A stretch of DNA of 64,000 nucleotides from Gemmatimonadota bacterium (GTDB lineage: Bacteria > Gemmatimonadota > Gemmatimonadetes > Longimicrobiales > Gaopeijiaceae). The notes below the pieces were generated by a model that saw only the letters and a list, made by a program, of their open reading frames with translations, made no database searches and was not told the DNA's origin. Position numbers and translations under genes: made by a program. This document shows, one piece after another, positions 28,250 to 38,365 of this stretch. The stretch lies in NCBI GenBank assembly GCA_039589315.1, contig JBDHHQ010000013.1, positions 1-64,000 of the forward strand. Reading direction: 5' to 3'. The first letter of the stretch is position 1. Each line of letters opens with the position of its first letter.

Positions 28250-28352
28250 GCGTGATCGCGCCGGGGCTGAAGGGCGTCGTCCAGGTGGTGCCTCCGCGGA
28301 CCGCCTCTCCTTCGGCGACTGCGGTCGGCCGGCAACTTATGGAGACTGGTCG

Positions 28353-28961
28353 CTAGAACGCGAATCGGATGCCGGCCGAGAGCTGGCCCTGCCAGAGGAG
28401 GGGGCTGCTCACAGACACGAAGCAGCCGGAGCCGGAGGTGCAGAAGAGCTCGTCGGGACCGCCCACCGCGGTCACCCAGAGGCGCCCTTCCAGGCGCACG
28501 GCCACGGGACGGGCCGGCGGGAACGTCACCCCGGCCCCCGTGCTTCCCGAGAGGCCCCAGGCCTGGGCGCGGGACGCCTCCCGGGGATCGAGGTGGGTCA
28601 CGCCGACGGTGAAGACGAGGTAGGGCCTCGTGCCCGGCGCCCGGCTCCGGTACTGGGCGCCGGCGTGGAGGTACCGGACCGTGATGTCGGAGATCCGGGT
28701 CACGAACGATCCGGGGCGGCGCAGCTGAAGCTCGGTCGCCTGCTGCGCGTAGAGGATCTCCACTGTGGCCCCGTCCCAAGCCCGATAGCTCACGACGCCG
28801 CCGAGGGCCAGCGAAGAGGGGAGCTGGAGGCGTCCCTCCTCCACCGGGATCGAGCCCCAGAAACGGTAGGCCGCGAAGGGCCATACCTCGACGTCCTGTG
28901 CGGCTCCATCGCCAGCAGCCAGCAGCAGGAGGAAGATGGAAACGAGCGTCCTCAGCGGCAT
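28353..28961 (-). CDS. Small outer-membrane beta-barrel protein
   Basis: Signal peptide; alternating beta strands; C-terminal AGIRFAF. Confidence 0.82.
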   Translation of the reverse strand: MPLRTLVSIFLLLLAAGDGAAQDVEVWPFAAYRFWGSIPVEEGRLQLPSSLALGGVVSYRAWDGATVEILYAQQATELQLRRPGSFVTRISDITVRYLHAGAQYRSRAPGTRPYLVFTVGVTHLDPREASRAQAWGLSGSTGAGVTFPPARPVAVRLEGRLWVTAVGGPDELFCTSGSGCFVSVSSPLLWQGQLSAGIRFAF

Positions 28962-29048
28962 CCTCCGGACGTTGAGGCTTCGGGCAACCCTCCGTGGACG
29001 CCCGCCGATGCGGCAACGTCTGGCCGCGCTGGGCGCGATGCAAGCGGC

Positions 29049-31388
29049 TCAGGGGCGCCACGCGTACGACGCCTTGACGAAGAACGTCCGATCGGTCTGC
29101 ACCAGAGGGGACACGAGGAAGTCCCGATCGGTGCTGCCCTCCCGGGCATCTCCGTAACCCACGAAGAGGACGCTCTGTGGGTTCAGCTTGTACGAGAACA
29201 GGAACTGCGTGAGGACCGAGCGCCGGAAACGCCCCACGTCGTCCCGGTACAGATCCGGATCTCTCTCCGTGCTCCGATGCTGGACGATGGCCCGGAAGAA
29301 GGTCCGAGGCGTGAAGTTGTATACCCCCCGCAGCTGAGACACGTTTGCGTCCACGACGCTCCGACCCTCGAAGCTCAGCCGGCGGAAGGAGTGGCGGAGC
29401 TGCAGGTCGATGCGGGGCCCGATGCGGATCCCGACCTGTGGGTTGAGCTGAAGCTGGTCGGCCAGACGACCGTTGGCATAGTCGACCGACTGGCCCACGT
29501 TCCCGAAAAACTCGAAGCTCACTGCCCCGCTCGGCTCGACGCCGCCACCGAACCACACCTGGGGAAACGTGTGGGTCACGCCCTCGAACTGCTCCTGCCG
29601 CAGGTTGGGGTTGACCCACACGTTGCTCTGGGCCGGTCCCTGGAGCGTGGACGAGAGCCACACCCCCTCGTCCAGCAGGAGCCCCGCGGTAGTCTCGTTG
29701 TGCCAGAAGCCACCGGAGAGGTTGATGCGGGTGAACCAGGTCTCGTCCCCCCAGAAGGTCCGGCGGAGCCAGAGGTTCGCCCGCTGCACGTCCACCTGGT
29801 TCACGAAGCCGGCGTCGGCCCGGAATCCGTCCGACAGGCGTTCCACGAAGGTGCGAGCGAACCAGCTCCGGGTCTCGTACGTCACCTCCAGTCGTCCGGC
29901 GTCGCCGCCGAACGCACCCTCCGGCTGATCGTTCTCCAGCGCGATCGGCGGCGCGTAGCTGGTCTCGGAGTGGAGGACCTGCACCCGGGCCGTCACAGCG
30001 CCGAGAGGGCGGATGACCGCGTCGGCGCCCAACACACGGTTGAAGTATCGGCTTCCCTCCCGGGTAACCAGGAGCGCCCCGACGTTGTTGGAGGATCCCA
30101 CGTCCCGGCGGAGGCGGGCGACTCCCGTGACCACCTTGTCGTCCAGGGCAATGGCGCTCGACCCCTCCGCTCCCGGAAAGGTCAGCGTCGGCAGCTCGTC
30201 CCGGGCCAGCATGACCCCCAGCGCGCTCGCGCCGGCCTTCCCGGTGAGCTTTCCCCCGAAGTCGGGGCTCACGATGGTGCGCGTGAAGAGCGCCTGGATG
30301 GGCGTGGCAAAGAAGTCTCCGCCCTCCTGAAAGAACGACCGCTTCTCCGGGAAGAAGAGCCCGAACCGATTGTTCACGTCGAGTTGGGGTGCATCCGCTT
30401 CCACCTGGGAGAAGTCGGGGTTGAGCGTGACGTTGACGGTGAGGTTCGAGGTGACCCCCCAGAGCGCGTCCAGGCTCAGCTCCGACGTGGCGCTCCCGTT
30501 CTCGAGGGCCTGATCGGGGGCCGATCTGGAATCCGTGCGGCCGGCCACGACCGCCGGTGTGAACTGCAGGTTTCTTCCGGGCGCGATGTCCTGGAATCCC
30601 GTCAGCACGTTGGCCTGGCAGAGCTCGCAGGCGTTGCTCCGGTCCCAGTGCATCGAGCGGGTCTCCACGGCCTCGCTCCGGGGCCAGTACCGTGAGACGA
30701 AGAAGCCCCAGCTCTGAACGCCGGCGTCGCTGGGGAACCGCAGGGACTTGAAGGGTATGGCCGCCTCGACCACGAACCCGTCGCCCGTCACGCGGCCGGC
30801 CGAGCTCCAGATGGCGTCCCACGAAGCGTCTCGGTTTCCACCGCCGCCTCCCCCGTCCCCCGAGCCCTGCTGGTTGAACACCGCGTCGGACTGGACGCCC
30901 AGGGCCGAGACGCCGAACTCGAAGGCTCTACGTCCGTCGTTGAAGGGGTCGAGGGTGAACACGACCCGGTCGTGACTGTCGATGTCGTCACGATCCGTGA
31001 TGAACGCCCGGATCCGAGCCGGATCCGGGTCGATGGCCCGACACCCCAGGTACAGGTTCGCCGCGTCGAACGTCACCAGGCAGCGCGTTTCCACCCGTGC
31101 CGGCGTGTTGTCACCAGGGTTCGACTCGTACGGCAGCGGGATGACCTGACCGCTGGTCCAGGCGGCTTCGTCCATGCGCCCGTCCACCCGGACGTCGGCC
31201 CTCGCGCGCTCGACCACGAATTCGGTTCGCACGGCGTTACGATCGTCCCCGTCAGTGCGCGACGATCCCCCGGCTTCCGCTCCGTCTCCCTGCACGGCTC
31301 CCACGCTCAGCCCGCTGGCCACGGCGACTGCCAGCGCCTTCCCCAGCCCCACGCTGCCCAACATCCCCAGATCCCACATCGTCCCCAC
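29049..31388 (-). CDS. CBM9-like plus DUF5916 outer-membrane protein
   Basis: VDGRMDEAAW; E..IPFKSLRF; TLNPDFSQVEAD; FFPEKRSFFQEG; C-terminal FVKASYAWRP. Start uncertain. Confidence 0.87.
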   Translation of the reverse strand: MGTMWDLGMLGSVGLGKALAVAVASGLSVGAVQGDGAEAGGSSRTDGDDRNAVRTEFVVERARADVRVDGRMDEAAWTSGQVIPLPYESNPGDNTPARVETRCLVTFDAANLYLGCRAIDPDPARIRAFITDRDDIDSHDRVVFTLDPFNDGRRAFEFGVSALGVQSDAVFNQQGSGDGGGGGGNRDASWDAIWSSAGRVTGDGFVVEAAIPFKSLRFPSDAGVQSWGFFVSRYWPRSEAVETRSMHWDRSNACELCQANVLTGFQDIAPGRNLQFTPAVVAGRTDSRSAPDQALENGSATSELSLDALWGVTSNLTVNVTLNPDFSQVEADAPQLDVNNRFGLFFPEKRSFFQEGGDFFATPIQALFTRTIVSPDFGGKLTGKAGASALGVMLARDELPTLTFPGAEGSSAIALDDKVVTGVARLRRDVGSSNNVGALLVTREGSRYFNRVLGADAVIRPLGAVTARVQVLHSETSYAPPIALENDQPEGAFGGDAGRLEVTYETRSWFARTFVERLSDGFRADAGFVNQVDVQRANLWLRRTFWGDETWFTRINLSGGFWHNETTAGLLLDEGVWLSSTLQGPAQSNVWVNPNLRQEQFEGVTHTFPQVWFGGGVEPSGAVSFEFFGNVGQSVDYANGRLADQLQLNPQVGIRIGPRIDLQLRHSFRRLSFEGRSVVDANVSQLRGVYNFTPRTFFRAIVQHRSTERDPDLYRDDVGRFRRSVLTQFLFSYKLNPQSVLFVGYGDAREGSTDRDFLVSPLVQTDRTFFVKASYAWRP

Positions 31389-31599
31389 CTCCCCGACCCC
31401 GATCCATGGGCACGGTGTCCGCCCCCGGACACCCGTGACGAAAGTTTTTTTTCATATTTGGACAAGGAAAACACCCGGGCGTCTCCTTCCCCCACCGCGT
31501 GACCACCCCACCCGAGTCCGCGCGACCGTCGAAACGGCGCACGGGGCGACCGTGATCGCACCGCCCGGATGTCTTCCGAGTGCCACGCCAGCGCCGGTC

Positions 31600-33333
31600 C
31601 TACTTCCAGATCGCCACCCGTCCGTCGTCGCACTCCAACGCCGCGCTCGCTGCTTGCCGCACCTCCGCGTCCGGATCCTCGTCCGCCAGCCGGGCCATGG
31701 CCCTCTTGACCGGCCAGGTATCGAACGCGGCCAAGGCGTTGACCGCCGCCAGCCGCACCACTGCATTCGCGTCCTGCGTCGCTTCCAGGAGCGCCGGAAT
31801 CGCGGCGTCGCATCCGAGCTCCACCAGCACCGCCGCGGCCAAGGAGCGAGCCTCCGGGTCCGGATCCTCGGAGAGGATGCGAACCACCGGCTCCCAGACC
31901 GACGGATCGGGCGAAGCCACCGCTCCCACCACCGGCGTCAGAGCCCGGGTCCCCGGGCCATGGTGGGACAGCTGGGCCGCCAACGCCTCCGAGGCGGCAC
32001 GCTCATCGATCGCCCTCAGCGCCTCGGTGGCGATCCGCTTCTGGTGGAGGTCCCCGTGGCTGCCCGTGACCACGCCCACCAGCGCGGGCACTGCGCGGGC
32101 GTCCCCGACCCGACCCAGCGCTCGGGCCGCCGTACGGCGCACGATCGGGTCTTCGTCGGTCAGCGCCCGCGACAGCGCGGCCACCCCGTCGCCGGAGCCG
32201 TGGGCCTCCAGCACGCTCACCGCGGCCAGCCGCACCTCGGGCTCGGGCCGATCCATGATCGCCACCCAGTCGGCGGGCGTCCGCGGCGGACTGGCCCACA
32301 CCCGCACCGTGCCCACGGGCACGCTCACGGCCACCAGGAAGGCCACCGAGAGGAACACATGGGCGGGGGCGGCAGGACGGCGGTCCAACCCCGGGTCCAG
32401 GACGCCGTCGATCCGCGTACTCAGGATGGACGAGCGGGCCAGTGCCATGGCGCCGCGAGCCACCCGGGCGCCAGCGAGAACCCGGGCGAGCTGTAGCAGC
32501 AGCCTCGCGTAGTCCGCCGACGTCGCGCCCAGGCGGAGCGCCGTATCGTCGCAGGCCCGCTCACGCTCCATGCGTGCCCGGGAAATGGCCAGCCACGCCA
32601 GCGGGTTCGGCCAATACAAGGCCCGGGCCAGCTCGGACAACAGGTGCTTCGGGTAGTCCCAACGCTGGACGTGGGCCAACTCGTGCAGGAGCACGGCGTC
32701 GAGCTGGCTCCGGCTCCAGTCTCGGGCGTCCCTCGGCAATAAGACCACTGGGCGCCAGATCCCCCACGTGACCGGTATGCGCATCTCGTCGCTGACCACG
32801 ACGCGGACCTGGCGCGTCACGCCCTGACGGCGGGCCATGACCGTGGCGCGTCTCGTCAGCTCCCGGCAGGTAACTCCCGCCGTGGCGCGGGCCGTGATTC
32901 GGAGGATCCGTCCCCAGTCCAGAGACAATCGTGCCACGAGCAGCAAAGCGCCCAGGGCCCAGACGGCGAGCAGGACCTGAGCGGGCCCGGCCAGCCCCCG
33001 CACGGCTTCGCCACCGGAGGGACTCGCCACGACGCTGGTCGTCGGAGCAATCGCCGGGGCCGTCGTCGCCAGGGCCCGAGGCACTCCCAGGGCGACGAGC
33101 GAGCTGTCCACCCACCCCAGGTTCGTGCCCGGTGCCACCAGCGGGATCACGGGCAACGCCAGGAGAGCCGCCAGACCTGCGGTCCACACCGCGCAGCGGG
33201 TCGCGGCCGTCCCCCCGCGGCAGACGCGGGCGAGCATCCACGCCGCGGCCAACAGCAGGGAGCCCTTCACGAGAAGGATGACGCCGATCTCGGCTGCCCA
33301 ACCGGGCAGCAACGCAGGCTGGAGAATCTCCAT
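31600..33333 (-). CDS. BlaR1/M56-family metallopeptidase with C-terminal HEAT repeats
   Basis: LLHELAHVQRWD; WPNPLAW; ERERACD; repeated D.DP.VR..AA.AL HEAT motifs. Confidence 0.9.
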   Translation of the reverse strand: MEILQPALLPGWAAEIGVILLVKGSLLLAAAWMLARVCRGGTAATRCAVWTAGLAALLALPVIPLVAPGTNLGWVDSSLVALGVPRALATTAPAIAPTTSVVASPSGGEAVRGLAGPAQVLLAVWALGALLLVARLSLDWGRILRITARATAGVTCRELTRRATVMARRQGVTRQVRVVVSDEMRIPVTWGIWRPVVLLPRDARDWSRSQLDAVLLHELAHVQRWDYPKHLLSELARALYWPNPLAWLAISRARMERERACDDTALRLGATSADYARLLLQLARVLAGARVARGAMALARSSILSTRIDGVLDPGLDRRPAAPAHVFLSVAFLVAVSVPVGTVRVWASPPRTPADWVAIMDRPEPEVRLAAVSVLEAHGSGDGVAALSRALTDEDPIVRRTAARALGRVGDARAVPALVGVVTGSHGDLHQKRIATEALRAIDERAASEALAAQLSHHGPGTRALTPVVGAVASPDPSVWEPVVRILSEDPDPEARSLAAAVLVELGCDAAIPALLEATQDANAVVRLAAVNALAAFDTWPVKRAMARLADEDPDAEVRQAASAALECDDGRVAIWK

Positions 33334-33348
33334 GATGAGCGCCGAGGC

Positions 33349-33747
33349 CTACGCCTTCTCCCGGGTGGCGTCCTCGATCCTCGAGGCGATCTCCTCCAAC
33401 TCCTCGGGAGACAGCCTCTCGGAGGACATGTCCAGAAGGGCCAGAATGGCGCTGGAAGGAGAGCCCTGGAAGAACGTCCGCATGACGTGGGACAGGGCGA
33501 AGCGGGTCGCCCGGTCCCTGGAGACGGTGGGCTGGTAGACGTGGCGCTTTCCTTCGCGGCGGTGCCGCAGGAAGCCCTTCTTCTCGAGGATGCCGAGGAT
33601 CACGCGGATGGAGTCGTATCCGTCCTGGTCGTCGAGATGGCGGGCCACGTCGGCCGCGCCGGCCTCTCCGAGACGGTATACCGCGTCCATGATCTCACGC
33701 TCGCGTCGACTGAAGCTACCGTAGAACTGGTGGAGGGACTCTTCCAT
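33349..33747 (-). CDS. BlaI/MecI/CopY-family repressor
   Basis: SRREREIMD.VY; LEKKGFL.H.REG.R.VY; FFQGS. Confidence 0.92.
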   Translation of the reverse strand: MEESLHQFYGSFSRREREIMDAVYRLGEAGAADVARHLDDQDGYDSIRVILGILEKKGFLRHRREGKRHVYQPTVSRDRATRFALSHVMRTFFQGSPSSAILALLDMSSERLSPEELEEIASRIEDATREKA

Positions 33748-33783
33748 GTGGCGTCAGTGGGACAGGTGTGAAAAAAACTTTTC

Positions 33784-33825
33784 TATACGTACCCATGTAT
33801 ACGCCGCGCGCACCAGCCACGTCAA
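33784..33825 (-). promoter_or_regulatory. Promoter and BlaI-type operator
   Basis: Minus strand TTGACG-18 nt-TATACA. It overlaps TACC-CA-TGTA (33790-33799, one mismatch to the BlaI/CopY core TACA-NN-TGTA) within TATAC-N8-GTATA. Confidence 0.65.
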
Positions 33826-34149
33826 GTGTACGGTCCCGGCCGCCGGTTCTTTCGGTCGGGTGCCCGCATCCTCCGGCACCACTCCGTCTGACCCGGCCCG
33901 TCGCGAGCGCCTCGTCGAAGCGATCCCTCTCAGAATCTCTAGCGCAGGGCGACGGCCACCGTCGTGCGTGGTCCAACGCGTATCCGGACAGTCGGGTTCC
34001 ATTGCCAGCCGCGCCGCAGCGTGTCGCCCCCGGCCTGTACGACCGTGTTCCTCCCCGCAAGGTGCGTCACCGCGTCGACCCGGGGCCCGGGTCGAGCCCG
34101 GCTGACGGCGGCGGAAGCTCTCCGCCAGCGGCGTCCGGCCGGAGCTTCT

Positions 34150-35718
34150 TCAGCTGACGTCGCCGGGAAGCTCCTGAGCGAGGAAGGCGAGCATGACACG
34201 GACGCCCTCGACGAAGCTCCCCACCCGCAGGTTCTCGTTCGGGCTGTGCTGGTTGTTGTCGCCGTTCACGGTGGGGACGCCCACGGCGGGAATGCCCAGC
34301 GTCTGCACGAAGGGCGCGATCGGCACCGAGCCACCGGAAGTCCGGATCAGAATGGGCTCGCGTCCGTAGAGGTGCCGCATGCTGGCCCTCAGCCACCGAC
34401 CGGGCTCGGCGTCGAAGTCCGTCCGGTAGGCCAGGTACGATACGCCCCACGTGAACGTCGCGATCCTCGGATGGGTCCGACGCTCGTCCTCCGTGGGCAC
34501 TCGATCGATTACGTAGTAGCCGAGCTCCTCGATGTGACCCTTGATCAAACCCATGAGACGCTCGGGGTCGCTTTCCACGACCAGGCGCACGTCGACCTCG
34601 GCCACGGCCGTGGCCGGCACGATCGTGCGGGCCTCCTCACCCACCCAACCCGACCGAAGGCCGCGGACGTTGAGCGACGGGTATTGAACGGCCTCCTGCA
34701 GGCTGCCGGCCACCTGATCGGGCCGAGCGATCCCCAGCCGGTCGTGGATCTCGTCCTCGTCGTCCGGCACCGCGTCCAGGATCTGGCGGGTCTCGGCGTC
34801 GAGCTCGACGCCATCGTAGAAGCCCGGGATCGTCACCCGTCCGTCTTCGTCCTTCATGGACGCCAGTATCGCGGCGAGGCGGATCGCCGGGTTCGGTGCG
34901 TAGTTGCCGTAGTGGCCGCTGTGCTGCGGCACCCGGGGACCGTAGGTGGTGAGCGTGAAGCGGGAGATGCCCCGGTTGCCGAACTTGAGCGTGGGCCGGT
35001 TGGACACGTGCGGAGGGCCGTCGAGGATGATCAGCATGTCGGCGGCAAGACGGTGCCGGTACCGGGTGACGGCGTCCGGGAGGTTCGGTGAGCCCATCTC
35101 CTCTTCGGTGTCGACGATGACCTTCAGGTTGACGTCGGGCACGACGCCCCCGGCGTCCATGGCGTCCAACGCCGTGAGGAACTGGACGATCGGTCCCTTG
35201 GAGTCCGAGGCGGACCGGGCGAAGACCCTCCAGTCCGGATCCCAGTCGCCATGAAGTCGCTCCCAGGGAATCATGCGCCAGTCACCGTCGGGGCCGCGCT
35301 CCTTGAGGACGGGCTCGTACGGACTGTCCTGAAACCACTCCGCAGGGTCCACCGGCTGACCGTCGGACTGCAGATACACGAGCACCGTCCGCTCGGCGCC
35401 GGGGAAGTGACGCTCCGCGAGGAGCAGCGGGCTGCCCGGGGTCGGCAGACGCTCTGTCTCGAAGCCCCGGTCGTCGAAGGCCCCCTCCAGCCAGCCCACG
35501 ATCCGAAGCATGTCCTCCGTCACGTGGGCGTCGTTGGCAAGGCTGAGCAGCTCGTGGTAGTTGGCGAACGCCCTCTGGGTCTGGGCCGCGACCAGCTCGT
35601 CGATCTCCGGGACGGTCAGCTGCTGTGCGGCGAGTGGTGCCGCGAGCGATGCCGCGAGAGCGGCCCCGCCGATGGTGGCCGCCCGCGTCGCCACCCAACG
35701 AGTCCTTCGAACGTCCAT
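34150..35718 (-). CDS. Exported M20/M25/M40-family metallo-hydrolase
   Basis: Signal peptide; ARSASDSKG; DTEEEMGS; HSGHYGN; NQHSPNEN. Confidence 0.9.
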   Translation of the reverse strand: MDVRRTRWVATRAATIGGAALAASLAAPLAAQQLTVPEIDELVAAQTQRAFANYHELLSLANDAHVTEDMLRIVGWLEGAFDDRGFETERLPTPGSPLLLAERHFPGAERTVLVYLQSDGQPVDPAEWFQDSPYEPVLKERGPDGDWRMIPWERLHGDWDPDWRVFARSASDSKGPIVQFLTALDAMDAGGVVPDVNLKVIVDTEEEMGSPNLPDAVTRYRHRLAADMLIILDGPPHVSNRPTLKFGNRGISRFTLTTYGPRVPQHSGHYGNYAPNPAIRLAAILASMKDEDGRVTIPGFYDGVELDAETRQILDAVPDDEDEIHDRLGIARPDQVAGSLQEAVQYPSLNVRGLRSGWVGEEARTIVPATAVAEVDVRLVVESDPERLMGLIKGHIEELGYYVIDRVPTEDERRTHPRIATFTWGVSYLAYRTDFDAEPGRWLRASMRHLYGREPILIRTSGGSVPIAPFVQTLGIPAVGVPTVNGDNNQHSPNENLRVGSFVEGVRVMLAFLAQELPGDVS

Positions 35719-36362
35719 CAGAGCACGAAGGACAGGCCTGCGGAGATCTCGCCCTGTGTGGAGGTCTCACCGATCCACGTGGAGACGCCGGCGCCACCCG
35801 TGCCCAGGTAGAACCCCGTCCCGCCGGAGAGCGCGCTGACCCACGCACGGGCCTGGGCCCGAAAAGCCACGCGCTCCGAGAAGTACGCCTTCAGGCCGCC
35901 CCCGAACGAGAAGGAGAAGAACCAGTCGCTTCCTATGCCGTCGGCCCTGGGATTCGCTTGCGTGGCTCCCAGCGTGATCACGGCAAACGGCTTCACGTTA
36001 CCGGCGTTGATGGCCTCGTAGAGGCCACCGATGTGGTAGTACCAATTGGTGTGAGGGATCTCGCGGGTCTCCGTGCTCCCCACCTCGTTGAAGCGGAGGG
36101 TGGTGGGCTGGGCGTACACCACCGCCTCCACCCAGGCGCCCCTCCGGACCTCGAAATCGGCGAGGATCCCATAGGCGGCAGAGCCGGCGAACTTGATGTC
36201 ACCCCGCGTCTCGCCGCGGCGCACCTGCCCACCCCCGCCCCACTGGTACCCGACGATGGGACTGAGCTCGATGGCCCCCCGCCCGCCGCGCCGTTGTGCC
36301 TCGCCATCCTGCGGTAGCATGAGCCCCAACGCCGCCACGACCAACCACATGCGAACCCCCAC
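35718..36362 (-). CDS. Small outer-membrane beta-barrel protein (paralog of 28353-28961)
   Basis: GAGGAG RBS plus GTG 36362; signal peptide; C-terminal QGEISAGLSFVL; stop overlaps the M20 start. Confidence 0.82.
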   Translation of the reverse strand: MGVRMWLVVAALGLMLPQDGEAQRRGGRGAIELSPIVGYQWGGGGQVRRGETRGDIKFAGSAAYGILADFEVRRGAWVEAVVYAQPTTLRFNEVGSTETREIPHTNWYYHIGGLYEAINAGNVKPFAVITLGATQANPRADGIGSDWFFSFSFGGGLKAYFSERVAFRAQARAWVSALSGGTGFYLGTGGAGVSTWIGETSTQGEISAGLSFVL

Positions 36363-36613
36363 GGGCCCCTCCTCTCGTTTCGACCATCTATGCGTGCGCG
36401 CTTGCCTGCAAAAGACTGCCACTCCCACGCCGGAGCCGACTGCTGCAGCCGATGACGGCACGCTGCAACAGAGGCCTCCGGCGCTCGGAGCGGCGCCTAA
36501 GGATACCCAGGACGGCGGCGCCCGGCTACGGCCTTTCACCCGATGGCGTTCGGCCCTATCTATAGGCCAGCCGGCAAGGCGCGACCTGGAACCCCCCGTG
36601 GCCGAGAGCGAGC

Positions 36614-38329
36614 ATGGACGAGGTCGGAGCTCCCCCCAAGGAACCCACCACGAGTCCACCGTCCGACCTGACCCCGGAAGTCGTCCGGCAGCGAGCCGCG
36701 TCCCTGCAGCGCGTCGTCCGGGGCTACGACCCAGAGGTCGTCCAATCCCTTCTGGACTCCGCCGCGAATCACCTGGAGCAGGTCCAGGCTCAGAACACCT
36801 CCCTCGAGAGCCGCGTCAACGAGCTGGCCAAGAAGGTCTTCTTCCATGAAGGCCGGGCGTGGGCCGTCCAGGAGGCGCTGGTCGCGGCCCAGGCGCTCCG
36901 GGCGGAGACGCAGAGCGAGGCCGCGGAGGAAGCCGCACGGCTCCGGGTGCAGGCCTCCCGCGAGGCGGAGGCGCTACTGCGCGCAGCCCGCGAGGAAGTG
37001 GCCCGCCTCGACGAAGATGCCCGTCAGATGCGGCAGGGGCTCAACGGCATCAGGAAGAAGCTGGCCAAGGAGATCGATGATCGGCGCGTCCGCCTCACGG
37101 CCGAGACCGAGGCGACGCTGACCGAGGCGCGACAAGCGGCCAGCGCCCTCCGCGCAACGGCCGAGCTGGAGGCCCAGAAGGCCCGGCAGGAGGCCGAGGC
37201 GTTCGCGCGAAAGAACCGCAACTCGGCCGCCGAAGAGGCCGCCCGCGTGAAGGATCAGGCCACGGCCGAGGCCGAGGACATCCTCTCACGAACCGAGGCG
37301 TGGGCCAGGGAGGAGCGTCGGAGCACGGCTTCCTCCGTCGAAGCGCTCCTGGAAGAGGCGCTTCAGGAGTCGCGGCGTACGCGCGACGAGGCCGTCAAGG
37401 TCTCGAAGGCGCTCAGAGAGCGGGCCAAGCGCGACGCTCGAAAAACGCGCGAGAGAGCTCGCGAAGAGCTCGAGCGGGCCGAGACGGAAGCCCGCCAGCT
37501 TCGCGACGAGGCACGCGCAACCGCCGAGAGGTCGGAGACCGAAGCGCGTTCGGCTCACGACGAGGCCCAGGCAGCCATCGAGCAGGCGCGCAAGGACGCC
37601 CGCCTGATTCGCGACGAGGTCAAGCAGGAGGTGGAGACCCTGCGGGAGCGATCCACCACCGAGGCCGACTCCCTGCGGGCCCTGGCAGAAGCGGACGCTG
37701 CCCGGATCCGGCAGACCGCCGAGGAGGAGGCCCGGGCGCACGCAGAGGCGGCGCGCATCGAGCTGGAGCGCATGAGCAGCAAGCTCCGCATCCAGATCGA
37801 CGAGCGCCACAGGATCCTGGAGCGCCTCGACGAGAGGCGGAGCCGGATTCTCAACAATCTCCACACCGTCCTGCTCCGGGAGCTGGAGCATATCGAGGAG
37901 GAGAGGGCGCGCGTCGTCGCGGCGGAAGGCCCAGCGGACCCGGATTCCAATCCGGAATCTCCGGATCCGGTGGTGATCGGGACTGCCCTGGCCGAGGTGG
38001 GCACGCCCGCTGCGCCCGAGGCCGACCTGCCTCCCCGCCCGGCCGCCCGCGTGAGGATGGGTTGGTCGACGGTGATCAACCCGGAGACCGGAGAGGTGGT
38101 CACCGACGCGGACGCCTTGCCTCTCGTCGGGGGGCACACCGAAGCCTCGGGAGCCCTCACCGACGCGCCCGGCCCTCTGGACGGAGCCGCCGAGCTCGCC
38201 GCGCAAGGGGACGACGCAGGCGCCGCGGCGGAGGAGCCCGCGCCGCCTGCAGGGCCCGAGGCCGAGGTGGACGCTACCGCTGCGGACGGATCCGGGAGCG
38301 GGCAGCGCCCCGAGGACGCGATCCAGTAG
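36614..38329 (+). CDS. DivIVA-domain protein with very long coiled coil and acidic tail
   Basis: LTPE.V......VRGYDPE.V..LLD N-terminal DivIVA motif; ALVAAQ; about 400 aa of Ala/Glu/Arg coiled coil. Confidence 0.8.
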   Translation: MDEVGAPPKEPTTSPPSDLTPEVVRQRAASLQRVVRGYDPEVVQSLLDSAANHLEQVQAQNTSLESRVNELAKKVFFHEGRAWAVQEALVAAQALRAETQSEAAEEAARLRVQASREAEALLRAAREEVARLDEDARQMRQGLNGIRKKLAKEIDDRRVRLTAETEATLTEARQAASALRATAELEAQKARQEAEAFARKNRNSAAEEAARVKDQATAEAEDILSRTEAWAREERRSTASSVEALLEEALQESRRTRDEAVKVSKALRERAKRDARKTRERAREELERAETEARQLRDEARATAERSETEARSAHDEAQAAIEQARKDARLIRDEVKQEVETLRERSTTEADSLRALAEADAARIRQTAEEEARAHAEAARIELERMSSKLRIQIDERHRILERLDERRSRILNNLHTVLLRELEHIEEERARVVAAEGPADPDSNPESPDPVVIGTALAEVGTPAAPEADLPPRPAARVRMGWSTVINPETGEVVTDADALPLVGGHTEASGALTDAPGPLDGAAELAAQGDDAGAAAEEPAPPAGPEAEVDATAADGSGSGQRPEDAIQ

Positions 38330-38365
38330 CGGCGCCGCCGCCGGCGAGCGCCTTTCCCGGCTTCG

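Noticed and set aside
28255..28345. CGCCGAAGGAG on minus upstream of lutA resembling a glycine riboswitch
   Set aside because: The preceding GGAGA and the downstream CTCTCAGG elements are not present in the required order.
28093..30822. 909-aa and 822-aa overlapping ORFs
   Set aside because: Shadows of the DUF5916 and OM-barrel genes.
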